A stretch of DNA of 64,000 nucleotides from Bacteroidota bacterium (lineage in GTDB: Bacteria > Bacteroidota > Bacteroidia > J057), in contig JBCCGK010000023.1 of NCBI GenBank assembly GCA_039029315.1, forward strand, positions 56,670 to 120,669, written 5' to 3'. Below, one piece after another: positions 27,726 to 37,916 of this stretch (positions are counted from its first letter, which is position 1; the number at the start of each line of letters is the position of its first letter). A model generated the notes under the pieces. It was not told the origin of the DNA, did no database searches, and saw only the letters and a program-made list of their open reading frames with translations. The translations under genes were made by a program, and so were the position numbers.

Positions 27726-28889
27726 TCAATTTTTCAACAAAGTCAAGGGAGGAAAGCCCGTAATTCGTACAACATACATGCCCGGAATCAGGTCGGAGAG
27801 ATTGGTCAACACATGTTGGCCCCCGGCTTGGAGCACTCCTTTCCAGGCCATTTGCCCTGTATAATGGTACAAAGCCACCTGTTTGTCTCCTGAGCCTGGA
27901 ATGTTGAGATGCAGAACCGACTCAAGTGGTTGCGGAAACGCACGCAGAGAGGGTTCCGTTGGCATTGGCTGAAAGTGCGCATCTTCCAAGCTGATGGACA
28001 TCACTGATCCAAACGGGCTATCGGATGACCATATTGGCCCCGATGGGCTGCCTCCCACATTCATGAAGCCATCACTTGGGCCACCGGATGCTCCAGACTG
28101 GTCACCAATCACTGTTCCTGTTCCTTCATCAAAATGATACAATCCTACTGTGGATCCATCCGTAACAAAGGCTGATGTTGCTGGCGTAAAGTTGGCAGTG
28201 TACCGTAAAACGTCGGAGAAGCGAAGCTCATCCATGAACCCATTGAAGGAGGGGAAGGCTGCTCCAGCATCGTGCTTTTCGGCCCCCAGCACAATGAAAG
28301 GGTCGCTGTTCGTGCAAGGCCCTCCACAAAAGTTGCCTGGAACCCCATCATCGGGATAGGATACATTGCCATCTGGTCCGTCTGCCTGTGCTTCGAGCAT
28401 CCCATCGACATACAACCATATCCATCCATCACTCAATCGGCGCTGAACCGCAATATGATGCCAAACATTGTCCAGGACGTTGGTCGTGCCACAAATGGTC
28501 TGTGAATTAAAAAATGGATCCAATATCCCAAACACTGGCACACCTCCGGCAATCGAAATCCCAAAAGCACGCTCTTGATTGAATCTGTCCCGATCCAGAA
28601 TGATGTTCCCATTGATCCAATCGTAATTAAAGCCGCAAGTGATCGCTGCACTGGTATTGTCGGCTGCATTTCCTTTCATCCAAAATTCAATCGTAAGATC
28701 TGTGTCTCCAACATCCACCGGAGGACCAGGATCGGCTGGCATCGTCGGGTCATCAATCCGGATTTTCACCCGATCTTGATCAACAGCAGCAATTCCATTT
28801 CCAAAAAATCGCAATGAAAATCCCTGAGCAATTCCAGCTTGAACCAATAGTTGACAAACAACCGCCCAACAACAGATTGATCTTTTCAT
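27726..28889 (-). CDS. Secreted LamG/concanavalin-like domain protein with T9SS C-terminal sorting domain
   Basis: Start MKRSICCWAVVCQLLVQAGIAQG preferred at 28889. LTIEFWMKGNAADN...IILDRDRF is typical of laminin-G/pentraxin-like jelly rolls. The C-terminus (ESVLHLNIPG...PGMYVVRITG) is T9SS CTD-like. Confidence 0.55.
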   Translation of the reverse strand: MKRSICCWAVVCQLLVQAGIAQGFSLRFFGNGIAAVDQDRVKIRIDDPTMPADPGPPVDVGDTDLTIEFWMKGNAADNTSAAITCGFNYDWINGNIILDRDRFNQERAFGISIAGGVPVFGILDPFFNSQTICGTTNVLDNVWHHIAVQRRLSDGWIWLYVDGMLEAQADGPDGNVSYPDDGVPGNFCGGPCTNSDPFIVLGAEKHDAGAAFPSFNGFMDELRFSDVLRYTANFTPATSAFVTDGSTVGLYHFDEGTGTVIGDQSGASGGPSDGFMNVGGSPSGPIWSSDSPFGSVMSISLEDAHFQPMPTEPSLRAFPQPLESVLHLNIPGSGDKQVALYHYTGQMAWKGVLQAGGQHVLTNLSDLIPGMYVVRITGFPPLTLLKN

Positions 28890-28950
28890 ATTGTATAGGT
28901 GAAATTCTTGATTGCATGACCTGATTGAAAGGTACACATCATCCATGAAA

Positions 28951-28986
28951 TCTTGGGGGAAATACTGGTCTTTCTTGGGGGAAATT
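28951..28986 (-). promoter_or_regulatory. Perfect 13-bp direct repeats tcttgggggaaat spaced 23 bp apart, upstream of the LamG/T9SS gene
   Basis: Copies at 28951-28963 and 28974-28986, about 65-100 bp upstream of the start at 28889. G6-A-T core related to the tGGGGGGAATTTTT motif at 7223 and 9197. Confidence 0.35.
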
Positions 28987-29480
28987 GTTTTCGACTCCAG
29001 ACAAATCATTCCAAAACTACTGATTCTCGTTCATCTGATGAGGACAAAGGGCAGCACCAGCAGCCTGATCAGCCAAGCCTGACTCATCTTTTTCGCTGAC
29101 ATTCTCCTTGCAAAATATATGTAGCAATCACGCGATAACCTCTGCAGGCTCCACAAAAAAACAAGGGTCTTTGACAATGTTAATGGAGCTGGTAATAAAT
29201 TCTTGCTTGCTCGCTTATGACCTCCCTCGGGTCGCATTTTTCCTTCAGGAGAAACAACCCGCCATCCCACAATGTTGCTTCCACAACTGTTGTCAAAGAA
29301 CCAAAAATAAAAAAGGAATTCGGCGCAGAGACAGCAGACAAGCAATATTTCTCTTGTTTACAAAAACCCATTTCTCAACATTTTTATATCAGGAAACGAC
29401 TGTCCTGCTTTGCTCACCTATTTGGAAGGTTCTCAGGCATTGAATATTTTCAATAGAAACTGCTCAACCAACTATTCGTC

Positions 29481-31232
29481 ATGAAACAACCATTTACTCG
29501 ATATTTCACAGGCTGTATTCTTGGAATCGCCTTGCTGTTTGCAACAATCGTCAGGAGCCAATCTCCAGGCCGTATCATCGAGTCTTCCTCCACTTATTCA
29601 TATGCGTCCCCGACAGACTCCACACTACACAACAAGACTGTTTGTCAATACGATGGGTACCTAAACAATATGGTGGACTGTTACAATTTTTCTTCCTGTG
29701 TCTCTTATGAATGGAATCAATTAAGTCGCGACTGGGACAGGATTTTCAAAACAGAACAGCGAATTGAACGAGAGGGAGACTATCATTCAGAAATCCGCTA
29801 TCAATGGGATGATCAGACACAAGACTGGAAGCCCTTATTTTGGACCCTGAACACCAAAGAGAATGGGAGACAAAAATATCAGGAATATGCCTGGAATCCT
29901 GATCGGCAAGATTGGGGTCTCCTCCTGATCCGGGAGAAGGAGTTTGATGAGGGCTTTCTCATCCTGGATGCAGAGAGAGTCTATCGTGTAGATGAAGGGA
30001 TCTGGTATGGACTCAAAGAAGATCGGGTGTATCTCAGGAACAATCGTCCAGGCGAAATCATCCAGCACAGGTGGAACCATGAAGAAGAAGCTTGGGTACC
30101 AGAGAACAAACAGCTTCTTACCTATAAGGCTTTTCCCTTGAATGTAGAACTGATCACACATGTCACATTTTCCTGGGCTGGCACGCTGGGAGGTTGGCAG
30201 CTTGCCAAAACAGAGGAGCATATTTTCGATGAGTTTGGCACCAAATTACGGGTAGAGATCCGCCATGAAGATCCGCTTTATTTTGAGAGAGAAGAATTCT
30301 TGTATAGTTCTACTGGAGAATGGATTGGTTGGCAGGAGTGGACTAACTTTGATCCTGCGACCGGATGGGTTGGACAACTCAAACACGAATATGGCAGAGA
30401 GCCTCTTGGAGACTCCAGTTTCACCTATCAGAATGAATACTTTTGGGATCTGACTCGCGGGGAGTGGGAAAAACACAGACGTACACAAAATATCTGGTAC
30501 AATAGCTATCTCGTTTGCACCAAAAAATTTCTTTGGAATACGGATTCTCTCCAATGGAATCTCCTTGACAGCTTTGAGCAGATTCGGGATAGCGGAGCTT
30601 TTGTCAATGAAAGCATTCGTTTCTTTTACCAACCGAATGGGAGTCGCACTGGCAGGAAAGAAGAGCGAAAGCCATACCCCGGCACGAATCGTGTGGCTCA
30701 AACCACTGAATCCAGCTGGAATGATTCCCTTCGGATCTGGACCTATGAACGCAGAAATGAAACCCATTTCACACCAGACTTACAAGAATACGGCTATTCT
30801 TCCTATCGCTGGGATGAACAATTGTCTACCTGGCTTGGGGTTGGACGGCGAATTTTCACCTTCGATTCTTTCGGAAATCTTGTTTTCAGCTCGCGGCGAC
30901 AATGGGATGTCCTGAATCAGGAATGGGTTCCGGATCAGGGATTCGCTCAACTTTGGTCAGACTGTCAACAAACCAACAACCGGATCTTTACTTTTCAATC
31001 CATTTCCACCTATCCCAATCCTGTCTCCGATGACTGGCTGTATGTGGACACAAAATTTTCTGAGCCTCTCGCCTATGAGATCCTAGCGACAGATGGGCGC
31101 AACGTCTCGAATGGAGAAATCGAGCCCCTTCACGATCGGATTGCACTAGCCAATCTGAACAATGGACTGTATGTCATTCGTTTTTTTGTGGGAGAAAAAG
31201 CAGAAATGAAAAAGGTGGTTGTCAGACGCTAA
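29481..31232 (+). CDS. Secreted Trp-rich repeat protein with T9SS C-terminal sorting domain
   Basis: Signal peptide. At least seven repeats of the form [YF]-x-W-[DN]-x(4-6)-[DEQ]-W, such as YQWDDQTQDWKP, YAWNPDRQDWGL, HRWNHEEEAWVP, FLWNTDSLQWNL, YRWDEQLSTWLG and RRQWDVLNQEWVP. C-terminal CTD (YPNPVSDDWLYVD...GLYVIRF). Confidence 0.55.
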   Translation: MKQPFTRYFTGCILGIALLFATIVRSQSPGRIIESSSTYSYASPTDSTLHNKTVCQYDGYLNNMVDCYNFSSCVSYEWNQLSRDWDRIFKTEQRIEREGDYHSEIRYQWDDQTQDWKPLFWTLNTKENGRQKYQEYAWNPDRQDWGLLLIREKEFDEGFLILDAERVYRVDEGIWYGLKEDRVYLRNNRPGEIIQHRWNHEEEAWVPENKQLLTYKAFPLNVELITHVTFSWAGTLGGWQLAKTEEHIFDEFGTKLRVEIRHEDPLYFEREEFLYSSTGEWIGWQEWTNFDPATGWVGQLKHEYGREPLGDSSFTYQNEYFWDLTRGEWEKHRRTQNIWYNSYLVCTKKFLWNTDSLQWNLLDSFEQIRDSGAFVNESIRFFYQPNGSRTGRKEERKPYPGTNRVAQTTESSWNDSLRIWTYERRNETHFTPDLQEYGYSSYRWDEQLSTWLGVGRRIFTFDSFGNLVFSSRRQWDVLNQEWVPDQGFAQLWSDCQQTNNRIFTFQSISTYPNPVSDDWLYVDTKFSEPLAYEILATDGRNVSNGEIEPLHDRIALANLNNGLYVIRFFVGEKAEMKKVVVRR

Positions 31233-31480
31233 TTGGTCTCCGACCATGTGCCATCTGTGGATCAAATATGAGATGAGGTGCTTTTCTGTTGAGATATCTT
31301 GTTGAGATATCTTGCTTGGGGTATGAAGCTAGATGAGCAAGGATTGGGGGCAATATCCAGGCAGGTACTCTTTTTCCCATATACCTTTTGCCCCTCTTTC
31401 TGGTCAACTTGCCTTTGATTCGAAGGAGGGACAAACAGAAAACTCATGTTCGTCCTCTCCCCTGCTCCATCGTTTGTAGT

Positions 31481-32992
31481 CTACCGCTGATACCCTAGCT
31501 CCTGTTCTCTTTTGAGCCAAATAGACTCAAGCCGATACACTTCCAGATAAGACAATTTGGCCTTTCCTCCTTCAACAAAAAGGGCCAGATCCTTGTTCGA
31601 TGGATCGGGATAAAACAATTTTGTGAAGGTAACTTCTCCTTGATTGGCATATACTTCTACTGAATTTCTGTCAAGAATACATCTCAACTGAATATGACCA
31701 TCCATAGGTGAGAGGGTCGCCTCCGATCCCATAAAGGTCAATCGTTGAGTTTCCTTCGAATAGCTCAAGCGTTCTCCACGTAGAACCAAGCCCACTTCTT
31801 CTGCTGTTTGGAGGTCAATGTCTACCAATATTTCGAAGACATCTCCATCTACGTCTTCCAGTGGATTGTCAGCTGGACTCACCTCAAGGTCCTGCCAGAG
31901 GTGGGAGTCACTTCTCAATTGCTTGATCGCATGTATCGGCATACGGCAGAGACGAGGAAGTCCGTTGATGGTTTTCAGGCTGAGTTCTACGGGAAAAATC
32001 TGTTGCTGGCTCCATGTTCGATCATGGGTAGGGGCCTCGGTCAGATGCATAAATCCCATCTGGTAAAAAGGAGCATCTCCTTCATAGGAATGCGCCCATG
32101 CCTGAGTGGCATATAATTCCCGATCTGAGCCGCGCCAATTCTCCCTCTCGACTCCATGATTGACCTTGGTGTTCGGCATGTCAGAGTGAAAGTGTGTTCC
32201 ATCGAAGTCCCCGATCCGATAGGTTCCATCTCCATTGATGATGACCCATTTTTTGTTATTCTCATCGCCATCCAACGGCATTTCCAAAAAATCAGGACAT
32301 TCATAAAAGCCCTCAAGCTTACTCAATACCTTCCAATCGAGCAGGTTGTCGGATTTGTAGAATGTAAATCCCGGAGGCTCATACAAAATCAGCCGCCAGG
32401 ACTGATCAGGTTTGTACCAGAAAACCTTGGCATCACGATCTGCTTTCCCCTCCGGCATGGGGATGACGGGATTATCCTTGTGCCGAATCCAGGTTTTGCC
32501 AGCATCCCGACTAAAAGAAATGGAGGTTCCCCTTCCATAATCTGTATAAAAGACGACAAGTGTTTTTTCTACCCCCGATTGCAATCCAAGTGTATTGTTC
32601 CAATCTACAATCCCACTCCCACTACCTGGTGCATGATCCAATCTGGTATTCATGATCTGAGGCAGTTGTCCCCAAAAGACCAAATCATTGCTGATGGCAT
32701 GTCCCCAGCTTTTGTTATACCGACGTGATTTGGACCACTCATCATACATGTAAAACAAATGGTAGGTCCCCTTGTATAGGATCAATCCAGTCGCATCAGC
32801 AATCTGGCCAGTGATAGGGGTATAATGCACCTGTGGCCGAAGTGGCTGATTGTAGTGCATGTTGTCGAACACTGCGTCATAGCTGAGGCCGTATGGATCA
32901 TCCGGGATTTTTTTTTCTTTGGTCTGACTTATTCCCAAGGAACAGATAATCAGAAAAAGAAGCAGGAGTGTAGGAAATTTCATCATCAACAT
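31481..32992 (-). CDS. Third, highly divergent GH32-like (clan GH-J) glycoside hydrolase
   Basis: Signal peptide. The nucleophile block is degenerate (QIADATGLILYKGTYHLFY) but retains the Asp. WGHAISNDLVFW, RDAKVFWY (RDP block) and FYECPDFLEMP (EC block) are present. Confidence 0.6.
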   Translation of the reverse strand: MLMMKFPTLLLLFLIICSLGISQTKEKKIPDDPYGLSYDAVFDNMHYNQPLRPQVHYTPITGQIADATGLILYKGTYHLFYMYDEWSKSRRYNKSWGHAISNDLVFWGQLPQIMNTRLDHAPGSGSGIVDWNNTLGLQSGVEKTLVVFYTDYGRGTSISFSRDAGKTWIRHKDNPVIPMPEGKADRDAKVFWYKPDQSWRLILYEPPGFTFYKSDNLLDWKVLSKLEGFYECPDFLEMPLDGDENNKKWVIINGDGTYRIGDFDGTHFHSDMPNTKVNHGVERENWRGSDRELYATQAWAHSYEGDAPFYQMGFMHLTEAPTHDRTWSQQQIFPVELSLKTINGLPRLCRMPIHAIKQLRSDSHLWQDLEVSPADNPLEDVDGDVFEILVDIDLQTAEEVGLVLRGERLSYSKETQRLTFMGSEATLSPMDGHIQLRCILDRNSVEVYANQGEVTFTKLFYPDPSNKDLALFVEGGKAKLSYLEVYRLESIWLKREQELGYQR

Positions 32993-33144
32993 GTGATAGG
33001 TGAAAGAAAGAAGCTGTCTTCAACTTGTTTACGTTTTTCCGATGATAGGAAAAAAAACAATGAAAAGGCGCATAGGCAAAAGATGAATCCTTTGCACTAC
33101 GGCCTTTCCCGGTCTCCTGATCTTGAATGACTAAGGGTTCTTCC

Positions 33145-34305
33145 TTAGCCTTTTAGGACAGCAAGCGGAGTTAGTTCTACCACGATTTCTGCCAGGTCTT
33201 TCTGGTTTTCCATCACGACATCGATGTCCTTGTAAGCACTGGTCGCTTCATCCAGATCTTTCTGGTTTCGCAATCCGTGGATCACGCCTCTCTGGTTCAT
33301 TAGATCGATCTCATGCTGCAAATCCAATTCTCGCTGGGCCTGCTTTCGTCCCATCTTTCGCCCAGCTCCATGGGAGCAAGACATGAAGCTCTGCTCATTC
33401 CCCAATCCGCGAACAATGTAAGAGTGGGTTCCCTGAGATCCTGGGATCATCCCCAATTCATCTTTGAAAGCTTTGGTTGCCCCTTTTCGGTGGACGAAGA
33501 CATTTTCCCCGAAATGATGCTCCCATGCGGCAAAGTTATGGGCTTTGTTAATGATGTCCTCTCGCTCGAATTCTCCTACAACTTCGGTCAAAGCCTCACT
33601 CATACGTTCCATCATCAACTTCCGGTTCGCCAAGGCAAATTCAATACAATAGTTCATTTCATCGATATAGGCTTGAGATTCTTCAATCTCCAATGGCAAG
33701 AATGCCAGTCCCATCTCTTTGGTTACGGTAGAATGATATCGTGCATTCAGCTTAATGGCCAATTCGTTGTAAAACTTGGCTACAGTATATCCAAGATTTC
33801 GGCTCCCTGAGTGAATCATGATCCAGATGTAGCCATCAGAACCTTTTTGAATCTCAATGAAGTGATTCCCTCCCCCCAATGTTCCGATTTGTTTCAAGGC
33901 TTTGTTGTACCCGCGGCTAACATTCATTAAGGCAGCATGTCCTTCTGGCATCCTTGCCTCATCTTGCTTCTCCGCATGCCAGTTGAATCCCAATGGGATC
34001 AAGGATCGGGCTACGCCCATCACTTTCTTCAACTCTTCTCGGGACACGTCTTGCAGTTCGGTCCGCATCGCACACATTCCACATCCGATGTCTACTCCGA
34101 CAGCATTGGGGATGACTACATTTTTGGTAGCTAATACAGAGCCGATTGGCATTCCATATCCTTGATGGCTATCAGGCATGATGGCGATATGCTTGAAGGC
34201 AAATGGCAAGTTCGCAAGGTTTTTGGCCTGCTTCAAAGCCCCAGGCTCAATGTCTTCCAACCACATTTTGATTGGTCGCTTTTCTGTTGATATGACTTGT
34301 TTCAT
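33145..34305 (-). CDS. rtcB: RtcB-family RNA ligase
   Basis: 386 aa with metal-binding blocks MPDSHQGYGMPIGS, GVDIGCGM and NHAG..SGSRN-like segments typical of RtcB (short form). Confidence 0.75.
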   Translation of the reverse strand: MKQVISTEKRPIKMWLEDIEPGALKQAKNLANLPFAFKHIAIMPDSHQGYGMPIGSVLATKNVVIPNAVGVDIGCGMCAMRTELQDVSREELKKVMGVARSLIPLGFNWHAEKQDEARMPEGHAALMNVSRGYNKALKQIGTLGGGNHFIEIQKGSDGYIWIMIHSGSRNLGYTVAKFYNELAIKLNARYHSTVTKEMGLAFLPLEIEESQAYIDEMNYCIEFALANRKLMMERMSEALTEVVGEFEREDIINKAHNFAAWEHHFGENVFVHRKGATKAFKDELGMIPGSQGTHSYIVRGLGNEQSFMSCSHGAGRKMGRKQAQRELDLQHEIDLMNQRGVIHGLRNQKDLDEATSAYKDIDVVMENQKDLAEIVVELTPLAVLKG

Positions 34306-34398
34306 TGTTTTGAAGGGTAAGGTGATGAACGCAAAGCTGGAAAGACAGAAAGGGAATTGGCGCTTTGCGTCTTTGTGTCTCCGCGTTCATCTTGATGA

Positions 34399-35523
34399 TT
34401 ACTTAGAAAAGATCTCCTTCAACTGATCCACAATCTGACCTCCGCCTGACAGGGAGATGCTGCTGATCTTTTCGGCAATTTTCTCTACATATTCCATCTC
34501 CTTGAGTTTGAAGAGCATGGCGTTTTCTTCCATGAGCTTGGCTGTATTGAGCAGACTTCTTGTAGAAGCGGTCTCTTCTCGTCTGGTGATGATATTGGCC
34601 TGGGCGTTTTTCTGTGCAATCAGTACCCGACTCATGATTTCCTTCACATCTCCCGGCAGGATGATGTCCCGAATCCCGCATGTCTTGATTGCGACGCCCA
34701 GTTCTTCGGCCTTGTCAGCGAGTGCCTTGAGCATAAAAGGAGAAATATCTTCCTTTTTTTCCAATAGTTCATCCAATGTCAAGGTTCCGATAAACTCCCT
34801 CAACGCCAACTGAATGGAGGTATAGAGAGATCGTTCATACACCTTGTTGTCTACCAGTGCTCTTTTCAGATCCACAATCTGATAGATGGTCTGGAAGTTG
34901 ATTCTCAAGGCTGCCTTGTCTTTGGTCAGAATTTCCTGTCCGGGGACTTCCAGTTGCTGCTGTCGCATGTCAGCTTTCAGCACAATGATGGCTTCGGCAT
35001 TCTTCCAGAATCTGTAGATCCCGGCACCGATTTCCCGCTCAAATATGCCATCCCGGAAGAACAGCCCCCTTTCATAGGATTCAATGACAAATGTTCTGAC
35101 AAAAGGAGAAAGCGTAGGCTTCACCAACAGGTTGACATCAATGTTGTCTGAAATTTCAGATACACTCAGGTCTATCTTCACGAAGGAGAAAACCGTTACT
35201 CCCTTCCAAAATGCGTGTTTTCCTGGTCTGAGAACGGCTTTGAAGTTGCCATCCTCATACTGTAGGGCGATCTCATTGTCAGTCACTTCGACCACATAGA
35301 GTTGTTCACTCAAGATGGGGTCTCTCAACAATAGACTCAATGGGAATCTGCTGTTCAGTGGCTGTGTCATGTCATGTCGCTCAATTTGCTCATGGAACCC
35401 CAACCAATAACTTCCTTCAGTAAGGGTTCTTCTGTAGCTCCCAAATCTGGAGACAAGAGCGACTTGACCGGTTGCGATTCTTACTCTGTTCATGACGTTG
35501 ATATAATTGATGGTTGTTGACAA
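34399..35523 (-). CDS. SPFH/band-7 (slipin-like) domain protein with ~170-aa N-terminal extension
   Basis: The C-terminal half has band-7 features (GIRDIILPGDVKEIMSRVLIAQKNAQANIITRRE). It lies 93 bp upstream of rtcB on the same strand. Confidence 0.6.
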   Translation of the reverse strand: MSTTINYINVMNRVRIATGQVALVSRFGSYRRTLTEGSYWLGFHEQIERHDMTQPLNSRFPLSLLLRDPILSEQLYVVEVTDNEIALQYEDGNFKAVLRPGKHAFWKGVTVFSFVKIDLSVSEISDNIDVNLLVKPTLSPFVRTFVIESYERGLFFRDGIFEREIGAGIYRFWKNAEAIIVLKADMRQQQLEVPGQEILTKDKAALRINFQTIYQIVDLKRALVDNKVYERSLYTSIQLALREFIGTLTLDELLEKKEDISPFMLKALADKAEELGVAIKTCGIRDIILPGDVKEIMSRVLIAQKNAQANIITRREETASTRSLLNTAKLMEENAMLFKLKEMEYVEKIAEKISSISLSGGGQIVDQLKEIFSK

Positions 35524-35810
35524 AAAAGAAGAAAACAGACCCGCCAGGGCATTTCGGAGAAAGCGGAACTCTCGTTGAGCAGAAATCTATTAACATCGTT
35601 TCCGATCAGGGGCCTTCGTCATGCAAGATCATAGACGATCTTAGATGCTCTGGCTGCCGAAGCAGAAAGGATCCCAACTCTTTCAGCGGTATCCTGAGTG
35701 TTCAGGGCCTTCCAGAAACTGTCTTTCTACACCGGGTAGTCAGACGGCCCCTTTGGGTGCTGTTTCCTTGTAGGTGGAATTTTTATAGAAGTTTCCACTC
35801 TTCTTGCATA

Positions 35811-35892
35811 CAGCTGGATTAAAAGTCCAGTGCTCTACCAATTGAGCTACTATTCACGTGAGAATAGACGGGAATCGAACCCGCAACACCTG
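35811..35892 (-). ncRNA. tRNA-Lys(UUU)-like element with circularly permuted arm order (candidate tRNA-like ncRNA or tRNA remnant)
   Basis: On the minus strand the order is T-arm (GCGGG-TTCGATT-CCCGT), then acceptor 3-prime strand CTATTCT, discriminator C and a short linker. Next come acceptor 5-prime strand (T)GAATAG (6 of 7 bases complementary), TA, and D-arm GCTC-AATTGGTA-GAGC. Last is a complete anticodon arm CTGGA-CTTTTAA-TCCAG with anticodon TTT. No T-arm follows the anticodon arm. Confidence 0.45.
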
Positions 35893-36175
35893 AGTTGTTG
35901 GCAACAAACGATCAGATAAGCGGCATATGCGTCCTTTGCAGGTTGCACACCATGGAGCCATACAGAAACTCTCATCAGGTCTTTGGCTGTCCGTTTGCTA
36001 CAATACAAATATGAGGAGGCACTGCGCAATCTATTTGCGTAGATAAAAAAAAGTGGCGATTTTTATGAAAATTTTTGGAAAAGGCGGTTTTTGGGCCAAA
36101 AGAGGAGGTTTTTTTTCGTTCCTTGAATCGCACAATACTCGCCTCACTTTTCAAAGAGAGTCAAACCCTTATTCT

Positions 36176-37897
36176 ATGCCAGTCAACAGAAACGCTCTCA
36201 TTCGCTACAAGACCATCGACAAGTGCTTGCAGAACAGGTACAGAAGATGGACCCTGAATGATCTCATTGAGGCTTGCTCTGATGCGCTATACGAATACGA
36301 AGGCATCACAAAAGGCGTAAGTCGGCGATCTGTGCAGGCCGATATCCAAATGATGCGGAGTGATAAGCTTGGTTACAATGCGCCCATCATTGTGGTGGAT
36401 CGAAAATATTATACATATGAAGATCCCACCTACAGTATCACCAATATTCCCTTGACAGATCAGGATTTGGGCATGTTGACCGAGGCGGTGGAATTCATGA
36501 AGCAGTTTCAAGGCTTCTCTCACTTTCGTGGGCTGGACGGTATGGTGCAGAAACTGGAAGACCACATCTATTCCCAGAAAACCCAAAACAAACCAGCCAT
36601 TGATTTTGAAAAAAATGACAACCTCAAGGGACTCGAACATCTGGATCGACTTTATCAGGCCATTATCCAAAAAAGAGCGATCCACATCACTTATCAATCA
36701 TTTAAGGCCCGAGTCGAAAGTACCTTTGATTTCCATCCTTATTTGTTGAAGGAATACCGGAATCGCTGGTTCATTCTTGGGGTAAAGAAAAAAGGAAGCA
36801 ATTTGCTCAATTTGGCTTTGGATCGGATTGTGCGAATCGAAGACACAGAGACCTGGTATCAGGGCGATTCGGGCTTCAATGCAGCGGAATATTTCAAGGA
36901 TGCCATCGGCGTTTCTGTCAGTCCCGGTGTTCATGCAGAAGAAGTAGTGCTGTTTGCCACTCACAAACATGCTCCCTATATTATCACCAAACCTCTCCAC
37001 CACTCGCAACAATTGCTGGAAAAAGATGCTTATGGGATTACCTTCTCTCTGTATGTCCAGCACAATTTTGAGCTGGAAAAAGAGATTCTGGCTTTTGGCG
37101 AAGGGGTTCGGGTGATTTCGCCTGAGCGCCTGAAAAGAAGAATCAAGGATCGAATGGAGGCCGCTGTGGAAAATTATCAAACGGACCTGCGAAGCAGGGG
37201 GCTGGACATTGCCGCAAACAAGCTTCAACACAAAGGGTCCAGCATCCTGAATTATGTCTATACCAGCAGAGAGGTCCGACATATCCGACGCATGCTGGAC
37301 AAAGTTCTGAATAACGGAGGAAAACGCCCACATGCCGAACGGCGGTTGCTTCAGCTTATTCCGAGTTTGAAAACGGTCTTATTCAACAAAAATCTTCGAC
37401 GTATTCTTCATAATATTGATGAACAAGCTTTTTTGACCAAGGCGATCTATTTTGACAAAACCCCTGACGCCAACTGGTTTGTGAATTGGCATCAGGATAT
37501 CCCAATCAATGTCGCAGAGAAAAAAGAAGTGGCTGGCTATAGCAAGTGGACGGCAAAAGATGGCGTCATCAGTGTCTGTCCTCCTGAGCAGATTTGTCAG
37601 AATCGTTTTAGTATTCGCATTCATCTGGATGATGCTGATGCCCAGAACGGTGCCCTCCGAATCTTAGCTGGTTCTCACAAAAAGATCTTTGATGATGATG
37701 AAATTCGCCTGATTGCAGAAAACAGTCTTCCAGTCTTGTGCGAAGTTCCTTCTGGGGGGATTCATTTGATGAAGCCCCTGATCCTGCATGCGTCGTCCAA
37801 GAGTCAGACGCAGAAGCGAAGGCGGGTGATTCATTTGGAATTTGCCTCTGTAGAATTGGAAGGAGAGTTGGAATGGGGGGAGAGGGCGGGGTGGTAA
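36176..37897 (+). CDS. HTH plus WYL-domain regulator fused to a PhyH-type Fe(II)/2-oxoglutarate dioxygenase domain
   Basis: N-terminal DeoR/YafY-like HTH (RWTLNDLIEACSDAL...GVSRRSVQADIQMMR). WYL-like core (FDFHPYLLKEYRNRWFILGV...LALDRIVRIED). C-terminal PhyH signature (WFVNWHQD for the HxD motif, NGALRILAGSHKK, distal VIHLEF). The ORF track starts at 36053; the start at 36176 is preferred. Confidence 0.65.
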   Translation: MPVNRNALIRYKTIDKCLQNRYRRWTLNDLIEACSDALYEYEGITKGVSRRSVQADIQMMRSDKLGYNAPIIVVDRKYYTYEDPTYSITNIPLTDQDLGMLTEAVEFMKQFQGFSHFRGLDGMVQKLEDHIYSQKTQNKPAIDFEKNDNLKGLEHLDRLYQAIIQKRAIHITYQSFKARVESTFDFHPYLLKEYRNRWFILGVKKKGSNLLNLALDRIVRIEDTETWYQGDSGFNAAEYFKDAIGVSVSPGVHAEEVVLFATHKHAPYIITKPLHHSQQLLEKDAYGITFSLYVQHNFELEKEILAFGEGVRVISPERLKRRIKDRMEAAVENYQTDLRSRGLDIAANKLQHKGSSILNYVYTSREVRHIRRMLDKVLNNGGKRPHAERRLLQLIPSLKTVLFNKNLRRILHNIDEQAFLTKAIYFDKTPDANWFVNWHQDIPINVAEKKEVAGYSKWTAKDGVISVCPPEQICQNRFSIRIHLDDADAQNGALRILAGSHKKIFDDDEIRLIAENSLPVLCEVPSGGIHLMKPLILHASSKSQTQKRRRVIHLEFASVELEGELEWGERAGW

Positions 37898-37916
37898 AAT
37901 AAAATATACAAGAAGA

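Noticed and set aside
33145-35523. An Rsr/Ro60 (TROVE) partner for a Y-RNA-like element
   Set aside because: The gene between the tRNA-like element and rtcB is an SPFH/band-7 protein, not a TROVE-domain protein. The VWA protein at 53907 lacks a TROVE N-terminus. A classical Rsr-YrlA-RtcB module is therefore not supported, and only the RtcB association stands.
35811-35892. A plain, collinear tRNA-Lys(UUU) gene on the minus strand
   Set aside because: The D-arm and anticodon arm are textbook, but the T-arm and acceptor 3-prime strand lie 5-prime of them rather than 3-prime. Nothing T-arm-like follows the anticodon arm. I therefore report it as a permuted tRNA-like element, not as a tRNA.
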